Of a DNA stretch of 64,000 bases, positions 19,518 to 29,543 are shown in pieces. A program made the position numbers and the translations under genes. How positions within the stretch are numbered: the stretch's first letter is position 1; each line of letters begins with the position of its first letter. This DNA comes from Coleofasciculus chthonoplastes F2-STO-03 (GTDB taxonomy: Bacteria > Cyanobacteriota > Cyanobacteriia > Cyanobacteriales > Coleofasciculaceae), in the NCBI GenBank assembly GCA_040222015.1, contig JAVJWO010000130.1, forward strand, positions 95,956-159,955, given 5' to 3'. Below the pieces are notes generated by a model, which was not told the DNA's origin, ran no database searches, and saw nothing but the letters and a program-made list of their open reading frames with translations.

Positions 19518-19736
19518 ATGATTGCACTAGCATCGGTTAAACGGGGAAATAGCGGCACCGTTGCTGCGTTGAAGACGAAGGATGAGATGACGTTGCAGAA
19601 GTTGATGGCGATGGGGATTAGTCCCGGAATGCCGATTCTGTTGGAGCAGCGGTTTCCTTCTTATATTATTAAGGTGGGCAGAACTCGGGCGGCGTTGGAT
19701 CGGGAAATGGCAAAGATTATTTATTTGCATCGCTAA
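19518..19736 (+). CDS. feoA: FeoA
   Basis: QKLMAMGISPG; 72 aa, abuts feoB. Confidence 0.9.
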   Translation: MIALASVKRGNSGTVAALKTKDEMTLQKLMAMGISPGMPILLEQRFPSYIIKVGRTRAALDREMAKIIYLHR

Positions 19737-19959
19737 GAGGGCAAATGTCACCAGATTTAGGGTGATTTTGGCTAGGGTGAGATGGACGAGTAGGGTGGGC
19801 ACTGCCCACCCGCCTTAAGCTGAAGTTCCCCCAAGCAAAAAATTAAAACTGCTGTTTTATACATTGATTATTTCTTGTTTTGTATCTGCTTGAGATAGTT
19901 CGGAAAATTTTGAGGCAAGAACAGGAATAATAGTCCACCATTCACGAGATATTACAGGA

Positions 19960-20936
19960 TCAGCATTTGCAGAATAAATTGGTTTTGATTGCCAATTTGA
20001 CGGCGAGTTTCTGTGACAATATATCGGCTTCCGCCAAAAGTTCATCCAGCCAAGTTGGGTTAAAAACTTCCCTTAAAATCCGGTTAGTGACTCTTAACTT
20101 TCCCTGCTGCTTTACCACTAACCCAGACAGCCGTAATTCCATCTGTTCTGGGGTGTCCTTGGCTTTCACTTTTCCTTGGTGTAAAATCTGTTGATACAGC
20201 AGGAGTAAGGGTTTCCGGCGCTGACTCCACTTCATGCGATCGCGTATTGTTCTTAAATGTTCCGGTTCATCACAGGCTTCCCAGTTTTCGATGATATTTT
20301 CCCGGACTAACGCCTCAATCCCGTTCGCAGATTTAAAAGTATCAGAGTCTGACTCTTGTACAATTAGTTTACAAAGCTTTTGGGTCAAAAATGGCTGACC
20401 CCCTGTCCACTCCAATACCTCAGCAATTACCTGGCTAGGATGGCTGACAATTGGCTCTAATCCTTGCACCAATGGGTCAACTTCATCAGATATAGCAATA
20501 GACACATCGATTAGGACGTTCGGCACCATTGTAGAGACGCGCCATGGCGCGTCTCTACATAAATGATGTGTCCTAACAGCCATGGCGGTTGCTATAACAC
20601 AGAGCGATCGCGCCACCAGTTGCTAAAGTTAATTTTCCGAGAAAGTCGAAACCCGCGCAATAACTCAGACACCAATCCGCCATACCATTCTTCTGGTGTC
20701 ACATGGCTACCAATGCGAGTCATATCAATCGCGGCACATTTAACCCCTTGGACTTTTAGCTTCTTTGTCATCTGCACCCGCAAGCTAGATTTGCCCATCT
20801 GTCGGGAGTTGAGAACGTAACAGAATTCCCCATTCATTAATCCCTGATACAGTTGAGCATCCGCCTGTCGCACCACATACGTTGGATGCTGATACTCTAA
20901 ACTTCCGCCGACTTTGTAATAGTTACTATCTAGCAT
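19960..20936 (-). pseudogene. AAA_35-family STAND-like ATPase, disrupted and internally deleted
   Basis: 5' part YKVGGSL...YVVRQAD...SRQMGKSSL; 3' part WTGGQPFLTQKLC...DEPEHLRTIRDR. The parts are separated by the 106-bp MITE, and no Walker B segment is present. Confidence 0.85.
20491..20596. mobile_element. 106-bp MITE-like element, copy 2
   Basis: Identical by eye to 4323-4428. Confidence 0.88.
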
Positions 20937-21453
20937 AGAGTCATTTTAGAGCAGTTAGGATTGATAGTAAATTGCTATAGCGTCAGTTAGTGTAATTCCA
21001 GTTACAGCACTTTCTCACACTCTGTCGTATAATTTAACGATTTTTATTTGATAAAAATGGTGTCCCAAAATTGTTGCGGTTTTTGGGCGCTGTTAAGTCG
21101 GTGGACACAATTAAAGTGAACGGTTGAGATTAGGCAACAAGCAACACCTGAACCCTTCGACAGGAATTCGGACGTTCGGCGAACGTCTCAGTCGAACGCT
21201 CAGGACATTGCTTACCTCGAATTTCCTCAATTCCACTGAGTTAGAGAAATCCTCAATTTTCCTCAACTACTTGCTCGAATCAGGAAACATACTGGAACTG
21301 AAAAGCCATCCTACCAACAATCGGGTTCTACTCAACTGAGGCATTTTAGCTGTTTCACAGATGTGTACAACCCGTGAGTCTGTGAATCTTGCTACACAGA
21401 ACCTTGATGTGTAGAGGTTGACTGCTTCAATGATTCGTTAATAGAGTCCACTT

Positions 21454-21484
21454 TCACATTTGTAAATAAATGTTACAAATGTGA
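21454..21484. promoter_or_regulatory. Perfect 12-bp inverted repeat, operator candidate
   Basis: TCACATTTGTAA-ataaatg-TTACAAATGTGA. Confidence 0.5.
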
Positions 21485-21702
21485 CCATTCTGCGTAAAAG
21501 GAAGGACTGAAATATGAGTAGTCTATAGAATCTCCAAATCACCAATGATCTAAATGTGCATAAGTTATCAGCCTTGAGCAATATAGCTGATTAAGCAGCG
21601 ATAAAGCCGCACTAGAGCAGCACTATAGCCGCAAACAAAAAAAACGGGAGCCAAATCTGACCTTGACTCCCAACCATCGTTTAATGTCAACTTCTGATTG
21701 TA

Positions 21703-21906
21703 ATGGCAAACGCACATAACCCAAACCCTTTTGTTGAAATAATTCTCAATCCCGCCACTCAACGAGTTACAGAAAATGCTCCCTTACCCACCCTTTCGGT
21801 TCAGTGTTTTGGGCAAGCAAGCTGTGAACACCATGTCAGTGATACCTACGATTGTCTCACACAGTTACAACATCATGCCTACCTCATCTTTGATGCTTGG
21901 GCGTAA
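21703..21906 (+). CDS. Small hypothetical protein
   Basis: ATG ORF of 67 aa immediately upstream of and co-oriented with the Fe-S membrane protein. Confidence 0.4.
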   Translation: MANAHNPNPFVEIILNPATQRVTENAPLPTLSVQCFGQASCEHHVSDTYDCLTQLQHHAYLIFDAWA

Positions 21907-21929
21907 TTGTTTTCAGATGATTCTTCAAC

Positions 21930-23597
21930 TTGATTGAAGGGAAAGATTTATTTCACCTTAATCCTCGTATCGACACAGGAGGCAATAACAAAGTGCTGAG
22001 TAAGATTTCTGAAAAAAAGATGCACTCTGTCCGAGTCTTGTTGACTCTGGGTTGGTTGGTCTTAATTTTCTCTCTCTTTTATGACCCGATTTCCCATCAT
22101 TTAACTGATCCGAACACCCTCCTGAGTCCTTTTCGCGATACCCATACTTGTGTATTAGTGCAAGGAAAATGCCTGGAACAAGCCGCCTATCCCATGGGAA
22201 CCCGCATTTTTTGGGGCATGATTGTTCCCAGTGCGATTATGATTCTCTTGGTGTTCGGTCATGACACCTGGCGGCGGATTTGTCCACTCTACTTTCTGTC
22301 CCAAATTCCCAGGGCATTGGGCTTAAATCCTCGACTGAATATTCGCAAAAATCGCTGGCTGGCACAAAAACACCTCTATCTACAATTTGCGCTTCTGTTT
22401 ATTGGTTTGAACTGCCGCATTCTGTTTATTAACTCCGTTCGCACGGTTTTAGGGCTGTTTTTGCTTCTCACTATTCTCTCAGCAATTACGGTAGTTTTCC
22501 TGTACGGAGGACGGAGTTGGTGTCATTATGTCTGTCCCTTTGGCATCGTGCAAACTGTTTTCACCGGTCCACGGGGATTATTAAGCTCCCCAGTGCATAC
22601 AGCAGGACGTCAGAGTATTCCCCAATCCGAGTGCCGCACATTTGACAAGACAAAAGGCAAAGAAAAAAGTGCCTGTATCGCCTGCAAGTCTGCTTGTATG
22701 GATAAAGATGCCGAAAAATCCTACTGGCACTATCTCAGCCATCCGGGACGGAAACTGGTGCAATACGGGTATTTGGGTTTAGTGATTGGCTACTTCATTT
22801 ATTACGGATTGTATGCTGGGAATTTTGACTATTACTTTTCCGGAGATTGGGCGCATGAATCGAATCAGTTAGCCACACTTTGGCAACCTGGTTTTTATCT
22901 GTTCAATCAGCAAATTCCGATTCCCAAACTCGTGGCTTGTCCGTTAACCCTGGGGGTTTGTGTGGTAATGAGTTGTCTGATTTGTACGAAATTAGAAAAA
23001 GCATACCGGGCTTTTCTCAGACGGCATAACCCCAGTATCAGCCGGGAACAGGTTCTGCACCGCGTCTTTTCGATTTGCACCTTTTTGGCGTTCAACATTT
23101 TCTTTATCTATGGCGGACGTCCAGAAATTCTCCGCTTACCGCTCTCGGTGCAATTTCTATTCGATGCGTTTGTGGTTATGGTGAGTAGTCTTTGGCTTTA
23201 TCGCACTTGGAATCGCAGCGCCGAGCAGTATAATCGGGAAAATCTCACCCAGAGTTTCCGGCGTCAACTGCAAAAGCTGCCAGTGGATTTTTCTCAGGTT
23301 TTAGAGGGGCGTTCTTTGGAGAAATTGAAAGCTGATGAACTCTATGTTCTGGCGAAAGTCCTACCAAACTTTAGCCAACAGTACCATTTCTCCCTTTACA
23401 AAGGAGTCTTGCAGGATGGATTAGAAGAGGGGCGTTTTCAGTCGTCCCAAAGTCTAGAACCACTTCAAGCTATTCGCCATCAACTGGGATTAAGCGATGA
23501 GGATCATTATACGGTTTTGACTGAGCTAGGTGGTGAGCATTCCCATCTGTTATATCCTCATCAAAAAACAGAATTTGTTGCCATACAGCAAAGTTGA
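21930..23597 (+). CDS. Membrane 4Fe-4S binding protein (NapH/YccM-like)
   Basis: WRRICP, WCHYVCPFG, CIACKSAC and multiple TM helices; true start probably GTG at ~21993. Confidence 0.8.
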   Translation: MIEGKDLFHLNPRIDTGGNNKVLSKISEKKMHSVRVLLTLGWLVLIFSLFYDPISHHLTDPNTLLSPFRDTHTCVLVQGKCLEQAAYPMGTRIFWGMIVPSAIMILLVFGHDTWRRICPLYFLSQIPRALGLNPRLNIRKNRWLAQKHLYLQFALLFIGLNCRILFINSVRTVLGLFLLLTILSAITVVFLYGGRSWCHYVCPFGIVQTVFTGPRGLLSSPVHTAGRQSIPQSECRTFDKTKGKEKSACIACKSACMDKDAEKSYWHYLSHPGRKLVQYGYLGLVIGYFIYYGLYAGNFDYYFSGDWAHESNQLATLWQPGFYLFNQQIPIPKLVACPLTLGVCVVMSCLICTKLEKAYRAFLRRHNPSISREQVLHRVFSICTFLAFNIFFIYGGRPEILRLPLSVQFLFDAFVVMVSSLWLYRTWNRSAEQYNRENLTQSFRRQLQKLPVDFSQVLEGRSLEKLKADELYVLAKVLPNFSQQYHFSLYKGVLQDGLEEGRFQSSQSLEPLQAIRHQLGLSDEDHYTVLTELGGEHSHLLYPHQKTEFVAIQQS

Positions 23598-23615
23598 GGA
23601 AACCGCAAAAACCCT

Positions 23616-23643
23616 GTAGAGACGTTGCATGCAACGTCTCTAC
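23616..23643. repeat. GTAGAGACG-type palindrome
   Basis: GTAGAGACGTTGCATGCAACGTCTCTAC; also at ~24002 and ~39809, with variants at 4363, 20531, 45863 and 53826. Confidence 0.85.
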
Positions 23644-23662
23644 TCCTAGCTATAATTCATAA

Positions 23663-23850
23663 TTAATAATTCATAATTTGCTGAAAATATTGCCGATATA
23701 ACTGACAACGAGGAATGACGCGATCGCGCTTTCGCTGAATCAGTCCCATACTGTATAATTGGTACGCCTGCATAGTTTCAATTCGCACGGGTTCTGTGGC
23801 ACTAACAACCTGTTTTAATGCGGCGGCTAATTCCGAATTTTCTTTGAGGA
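23663..23850 (-). pseudogene. AAA_35 ATPase C-terminal fragment
   Basis: ELAAALKQVV...AYQLYSMGLI...PRCQLYRQYF, the winged-helix end of cyanobacterial AAA_35 proteins. Confidence 0.7.
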
Positions 23851-23961
23851 ACAAATTTAGTTGGGGATATTGGTTCATCTTCTGACAATCTCATCAACAT
23901 CGATAGTACAATCCAATTCACCGCTAATGATGGCGTGAATGGAACCGAACTCTGGGTTTAG
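23848..23961 (+). pseudogene. Single ELWxxDGT-repeat remnant
   Basis: Manual translation GTNLVGDIGSSSDNLINIDSTIQFTANDGVNGTELWV*. Confidence 0.65.
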
Positions 23962-24094
23962 TTGATAGTCTACCGCTGCTAACCCATTCTCCTTCTAGAT
24001 TGTAGAGACGTTGCCTGCAATGTCTCTACTCCAGATATAGACCCCTCATTTAGCTTTACAGTCACTAATTTCTCATCTACAGGGACTGATTAAT

Positions 24095-27000
24095 TCAGCG
24101 TAAGCCTTGGCAGGTAAATGCCGCCCAGAATCGGGGTTGTGAGAAAGGATGATGTTCATCTGGAGATTTTTTTATAGTCTGAATTTGCTGAATCATTGTA
24201 TGGTATTTACGATAGTCGCTTTCCCATTTTAAATAGTCTGTTGAATCGGGTTGGCATTGGTTGCGCTTATGCCTTGCCTCTTTCCGCTTTACTTCTGCTT
24301 GTTGGCAGAATTCTTTGATATCCTCTCGATTTAGCAGTTCGTCTTTCTGGAGTTTTCTTAATTTGATTTGAGCCTGTCGCAGCGCTTCCGGACGATTTTT
24401 TCCCTGTTTTCGCTGTTGATAGTAAAAAATAGAGAATAAAGCTGTAGCTAAATCAGCCACTGACCAAAGAGTGCTAACCACACTTCTCGCCCCGGCACAT
24501 AAAAATCCAGTCGAGAGAGTGAGACTATCATCAGTGATTTCTGGCAATCCTAAACCTGTTTCGCAGCAGGAGAGAAAGACATCGAATAAATCATGTAAAC
24601 GCCATCCCGGTGTCATTAATTGCCCTAATGTAATATGACCATCCGCTAATTTTAATACCGATTCCAATGGATTATCCAGGCGAAATTCGGCATGGTGACT
24701 GGAGTGAATCACTTGGACTTGATTGACCAGTTGGCGATAATTTTTAACCGTGGCTTGAGTCTTCCCCTTTAATCGTAGATTATCGGGAATATTATGTAAC
24801 CTGGCGATTTGTTCGCCTTCAAAACTGGCAAAAGGCAGGTCATCTGTGGCATCTTCAACTGTGCCATATTGGGTTGCAGGTAATATCTCTACATCCTGAT
24901 CGCGGCGTTGGTGGCAAAATTTTAAGATTTGGCAACTGGGGGTATAACGAATAAGAAATTTGTCTCCGAAATAGTCTCGACTTGCACCATTCTTTGAGTC
25001 GGGAGAAGAGTTCGGAATCGGTAAAGCCGCAAAGGGAATTTGATGCAATAATAAGTGAGGAATGATAATCAGTTCGTCAATACCGTTTAAATGGTTGGTA
25101 ATCAGTTCAGTCAGTTGCAGGCGTTGAGAGAGTTCGTTGAGAAATGTGTTGATATTGCTTTTCCAATTCAAATTATTCTCAATATAAGGTTGTAACCAGT
25201 TCTGAGAAATCCAAGCTTGCAGGGTATTAATTCCTTGACCGGGACAAGTCTGAAGCGTCAGTTTATTTTGTCGTAGAATGAATAAATGTAGGTCGTTAGT
25301 CGTTGTATAGAAACTCAGAATAGCAGTAGTCGGTTCGTCAATAAGTTGTTGTATCTGAGCAAAATTAGGCGCATCAACTTTAATTTCTCCAGCTAGTACG
25401 GGGTCAAGGCGTCTCAGTTGTTCCCAGACGTGCAGTTTTTCAGCTTCTAAGGATGCGATCGCGTCGTTTTCGGCTTGGAATGCAGCGCGGTTTTTGCGAT
25501 TGCTATCCATCCCCATCAGTTCTCGATTATTACTGGATTTATTTTGCCTTCGTTCTTGGTCAATGCGCTGTTGCAAATTATCAAACTTTTGCAACAATTC
25601 CTTGACATTAGGGGCAATTTCATCACTTTGGTAAAGGTCATTACTTGCCATTAAATCGACCAAACGTTTAGCCCGCGATCGCTCGACGGTTTCCAGGGCT
25701 TTTTCTAATTGTCCAGCATTGATACAAGCTTGTACCATATTGTGATAGATATGAAAGGCTTCTGCCGAAATCTCTTGACGGCGAGATTCAGACGTTGCCC
25801 AACTGCGGCTGGTTTCTACAGCTTCAATGGCAATACCGTATCCCTCAATAGATTCTGCCCAACGCTTTGCCTTTGCCGCAATCTCACCGAATTGGCGTGC
25901 AGCTATGAAGCACTCCGCAGGAAATGCGGTTGGTGTAAAAACTTCTAAAGCTAACCGACAACAAGCGATCGCTTCCTCAATTTGCCCTAGATTTGTATAG
26001 GCAATAGCCAGATTATTTTGGTTTTTAGCCCAATAATCGGGAAAAGCATCATGATTAAAGACTTGAGAGGCAGCTTGGTAAGCTGTCATTGCTTTCTCTA
26101 AGTTTTCTGTCCGATTGCCGCGAATTCGTTCACTGTAGACAAGTCCCAAATTTTTTTGAGCCATTGCCCATTCTCTGGGAAACATCTCTTGGCTGTAAAC
26201 TTGTAAAGTAGCTTCATAAGCGGCGATCGCTCGTTCCTGATGCTCGGCATCGTATGTCCGCTTCGAGTAAACCATGCCTAGATTGTTTTGAATCGCCGCC
26301 CATTCTCTAGGAAATTCCTCTTTAGTGGCGACTTGTAAGGCAGATTTGTATGCAGCAATAGCTATTTCCAGATTTTCTGCCAGATTCCCCCGAATCCGAT
26401 CACGGTAAGCATTAGCCAGATTCATTTGTGTCTGCACCCATTCCTGGGGAAACGCCTCCCGGGTATGAACTTGCAAGGCGGCTTGACAGTAGGCGATCGC
26501 TTTTTCCAGATTTTCCGATCGATCTCCGCGAATTCGTTCCTGATAGGTAACTGCCAACGTGTTTTGAGCATTTGCCCACTCTTTAGGAAACATCTCCTTA
26601 GTATAGATTTCCAGTGCGGCTTCGATATACTCAATGGCTACTTCCAAGTTTTCTGCGCGATTTCCCCGAATTCTATGAAGATAGGTATCTCCAAAATTAT
26701 GTTGCAGCTTTGCCCATTCTGAGGGTATTGTCTCACGGGTGCAGACGTCTAAAGCTGCTTGAAAGTGTCGGATTGCCTCTTCCAAGTTATCAGCTTTTTG
26801 TCCCAAGACTCGGTTGCTGTAAGCCCCTCCTAAATTATTGTGAATCCCTGCCCAGAGTTGAGGAATTTTTTTTCGGGTATCAATTGTCAATGCTTGTTTA
26901 CCAACCCAAATAGCTTTTTCTAAGTTCTCAACTCTATTTCCACGTATCCGGTTCGTGTAAGCCAAAATCAAATTATTTAGAAGTTGTGACCAAAGTAGCT

Positions 27001-27373
27001 TTTCATCAAACTTTATTGCCTGACTGAACATTTCAGAAACAATTTCATAACCTTTTATGGCAATCTCTAAATTGATAGCCCTATTGCCTAGTGGAAATTG
27101 CATCAGCAATGTGTTAAAGTATATAATTTTTAACGAGATAAATCGTGCGGTTTTAGACTCATCTTTCCGTAGAGTAGTATCTGCCCACTTGCAAAACTGC
27201 TGTAAAAAATCATCATTCAGTTTATGTGAGTTAGCTTGTAGCAGTGAATATACTATTTCTAAATCATCCGGGCTTTGTCCAATTGCCCCCAATACCTCAG
27301 TTAAGAAAGAAGGAGGCTCTATTTTACGTTTTTTGTGTTTTTTATTTTTATTAGTGCCAAATCCTTTTGCCAT
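24095..27373 (-). CDS. TPR-repeat + CHAT (caspase-like) domain protein
   Basis: 40-aa repeats WAxxQNNLxxAYxxRIRG.ENLEKAI; CHAT motifs LIIIPHLLLHQIPFAAL, HSSHHA, LSCCETG, STLWSV, WAAF. Confidence 0.92.
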   Translation of the reverse strand: MAKGFGTNKNKKHKKRKIEPPSFLTEVLGAIGQSPDDLEIVYSLLQANSHKLNDDFLQQFCKWADTTLRKDESKTARFISLKIIYFNTLLMQFPLGNRAINLEIAIKGYEIVSEMFSQAIKFDEKLLWSQLLNNLILAYTNRIRGNRVENLEKAIWVGKQALTIDTRKKIPQLWAGIHNNLGGAYSNRVLGQKADNLEEAIRHFQAALDVCTRETIPSEWAKLQHNFGDTYLHRIRGNRAENLEVAIEYIEAALEIYTKEMFPKEWANAQNTLAVTYQERIRGDRSENLEKAIAYCQAALQVHTREAFPQEWVQTQMNLANAYRDRIRGNLAENLEIAIAAYKSALQVATKEEFPREWAAIQNNLGMVYSKRTYDAEHQERAIAAYEATLQVYSQEMFPREWAMAQKNLGLVYSERIRGNRTENLEKAMTAYQAASQVFNHDAFPDYWAKNQNNLAIAYTNLGQIEEAIACCRLALEVFTPTAFPAECFIAARQFGEIAAKAKRWAESIEGYGIAIEAVETSRSWATSESRRQEISAEAFHIYHNMVQACINAGQLEKALETVERSRAKRLVDLMASNDLYQSDEIAPNVKELLQKFDNLQQRIDQERRQNKSSNNRELMGMDSNRKNRAAFQAENDAIASLEAEKLHVWEQLRRLDPVLAGEIKVDAPNFAQIQQLIDEPTTAILSFYTTTNDLHLFILRQNKLTLQTCPGQGINTLQAWISQNWLQPYIENNLNWKSNINTFLNELSQRLQLTELITNHLNGIDELIIIPHLLLHQIPFAALPIPNSSPDSKNGASRDYFGDKFLIRYTPSCQILKFCHQRRDQDVEILPATQYGTVEDATDDLPFASFEGEQIARLHNIPDNLRLKGKTQATVKNYRQLVNQVQVIHSSHHAEFRLDNPLESVLKLADGHITLGQLMTPGWRLHDLFDVFLSCCETGLGLPEITDDSLTLSTGFLCAGARSVVSTLWSVADLATALFSIFYYQQRKQGKNRPEALRQAQIKLRKLQKDELLNREDIKEFCQQAEVKRKEARHKRNQCQPDSTDYLKWESDYRKYHTMIQQIQTIKKSPDEHHPFSQPRFWAAFTCQGLR

Positions 27374-27509
27374 ATCAATTCAATTTTCTGCCAATTGACT
27401 AAGTTTTTTATTGCTGATCTAGTTCATTCGCAATCTCAGAGATATTAGGATAATTTATTTCCTGAAAATTAACGGTATATAATAATTAAAATTTAACTCT
27501 TTTATTAAT

Positions 27510-27746
<237 letters not shown>

Positions 27747-27868
27747 TTATAAATTATAGCGACAAAAACTCAGATATTGCACCAATGGCAACCCATTATT
27801 CGTAGGGGCGCACCGACGTGCGCCCTCGACGTGCGCCCTTTTCTTCCCTGAAAGCAGATCCATTCACT

Positions 27869-28435
27869 TCAATTCCCCATAATTCTCCATTCTCTTTCTT
27901 TCAATTCCGCTAATTTCTCCAACAAACTTTCAGCTAAATCAAATAACTTAAACTCATCTTCCTCATCCCCAGAATCGCGAGTCATCTCTCCCACAGTAAC
28001 CCCACCTGCCAAAATCGCGATCGCTTCATGCAACCTATCCGATTCATCAGCAATACTTAAACAGCCTTCCAACCGGGCAATAATTTGAGCTAATCCCTCA
28101 GTTTCCCGTTGCTGCTGCACTCGCATTGCTAAGGGATGATCACTGTCTCGCGCCCAGACTGCGGCGGGATAATCACTCGCCAAAAAAGCACCGATAAATT
28201 CGACAATTGAGGTATCAATAAATGTTTCTTCCGATGCTAAAGTAACAGAATTTTCTACCGTTGTTTCATCATCATCCCATCTGTCTAGCCAATCTCCCTC
28301 GATATCCTCAATATACAAATTCACAAAATCAAGTCCATGAGTCAGCCAATCCTGCTGCATTTTGCGGGATTTTTCCAGCGCTTCAGAAAAAGCGCCTAAG
28401 TCATCATGACTGTAATTTTGTTGTTTGGTGACCAT
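27869..28435 (-). CDS. Acidic hypothetical protein
   Basis: 188-aa ORF rich in D/E, downstream of the 28498 ORF. Confidence 0.7.
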   Translation of the reverse strand: MVTKQQNYSHDDLGAFSEALEKSRKMQQDWLTHGLDFVNLYIEDIEGDWLDRWDDDETTVENSVTLASEETFIDTSIVEFIGAFLASDYPAAVWARDSDHPLAMRVQQQRETEGLAQIIARLEGCLSIADESDRLHEAIAILAGGVTVGEMTRDSGDEEDEFKLFDLAESLLEKLAELKEREWRIMGN

Positions 28436-28497
28436 AACTTAGATAGAAAATTCCGTTTGTGCTAAAAAATTTCGGTCGTCAGCACCAATCTACCCCG

Positions 28498-29190
28498 TTA
28501 GGGAAATTGGAGATAACGTCCCAGGGGAAGAAAGTCACTGTTATGAAGTGTTATTGTTACTAACTGCTCCAAAAAATCGGGTTTTTCAGGGTTATAACTG
28601 AGGAAAAGTCCTCGATCAATTACCCACATTTGTAGCGTATCCTGCCAATTTTCATATTTTTTTTGAGCATAGTTATTACTCACAGTTGTTACCTGAAGGC
28701 AGAGTGGCTTTCTTTGACGATAACTAACAATCAGATCCGTTGCCATAGAGAAATCGGCGATATAGCGTCGCCAAACTGTACCCCCTCGACTCTCAATTGT
28801 TTGAGCTATAGAGTTAAGGATATCATCGTCCGTTTGACTAAATTCGCATGACATCAATTTTTGTTTCCAAATATAAAACTTTGGATCATTGCTATTTAGC
28901 CATAGGGGAAAAAGATAACGATACCAATATCGTTCCGTGGGCGTCATTTGCTCAAAAGCAGAGTCCTGCAACTCTGGAGAGGTTAAGCTTTTAATCTTAA
29001 GCCAAACGTCAGCATCTCGAATCACCTCTAACAAAAACGCCATGACAAATTTTTTGGCAGTAAGGGAACCTGGCTTGACGTCTTTCACCCAGCGGTTGAT
29101 CTCATCTAACCGTTTCGCTAAACAGGGTTCTATCGATGATGCTTTTTTCATTAGGGATTTGAGTTGATCCTTGATTTCTAGGGGATGCAC
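28498..29190 (-). CDS. Hypothetical protein with PD-(D/E)xK-like motif
   Basis: ADFSMATDLIVS...PLCLQVTT resembles a D...QxT/K nuclease core. Confidence 0.65.
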   Translation of the reverse strand: MHPLEIKDQLKSLMKKASSIEPCLAKRLDEINRWVKDVKPGSLTAKKFVMAFLLEVIRDADVWLKIKSLTSPELQDSAFEQMTPTERYWYRYLFPLWLNSNDPKFYIWKQKLMSCEFSQTDDDILNSIAQTIESRGGTVWRRYIADFSMATDLIVSYRQRKPLCLQVTTVSNNYAQKKYENWQDTLQMWVIDRGLFLSYNPEKPDFLEQLVTITLHNSDFLPLGRYLQFP

Positions 29191-29384
29191 ATGATTGCTC
29201 TATTTGTCGATAACGGGATGATGGTTGAATTTATTATATCTCACTTCGTCCCAAGTCTCTACTTGATTCGCCATTAATTAAATTAACATAAAGAAACGCT
29301 GTATTGAGCAAAAATTGGACTTAGGGTCAGGGCGGGTTTATTCACTTGGTAAGATCTCGCCGTAGCTAAGAGTAAAACCCGCCC

Positions 29385-29534
29385 CTACAAATCAACCTTT
29401 TGATTGAAGGGTGTGATGCAAGCGTTGATGGCGAAGACAGCGCCTACTACAAACGGCGCGATCGCACACAAGAAGGCGAGGATGGCAGCGAACCCTAGAC
29501 GCCTTAAATTAGAACTAGCCAATACCTGGATCAT
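29385..29534 (-). CDS. Candidate 49-aa single-TM protein (not in ORF track)
   Basis: MIQVLASSNLRRLGFAAILAFLCAIAPFVVGAVFAINACITPFNQKVDL*, starting 10 nt after the PIN gene stop. Confidence 0.4.
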   Translation of the reverse strand: MIQVLASSNLRRLGFAAILAFLCAIAPFVVGAVFAINACITPFNQKVDL

Positions 29535-29543
29535 TTCTGTTGC

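Noticed and set aside
21461..21477. NtcA site
   Set aside because: Spacing is GTA-N9-TAC rather than N8.
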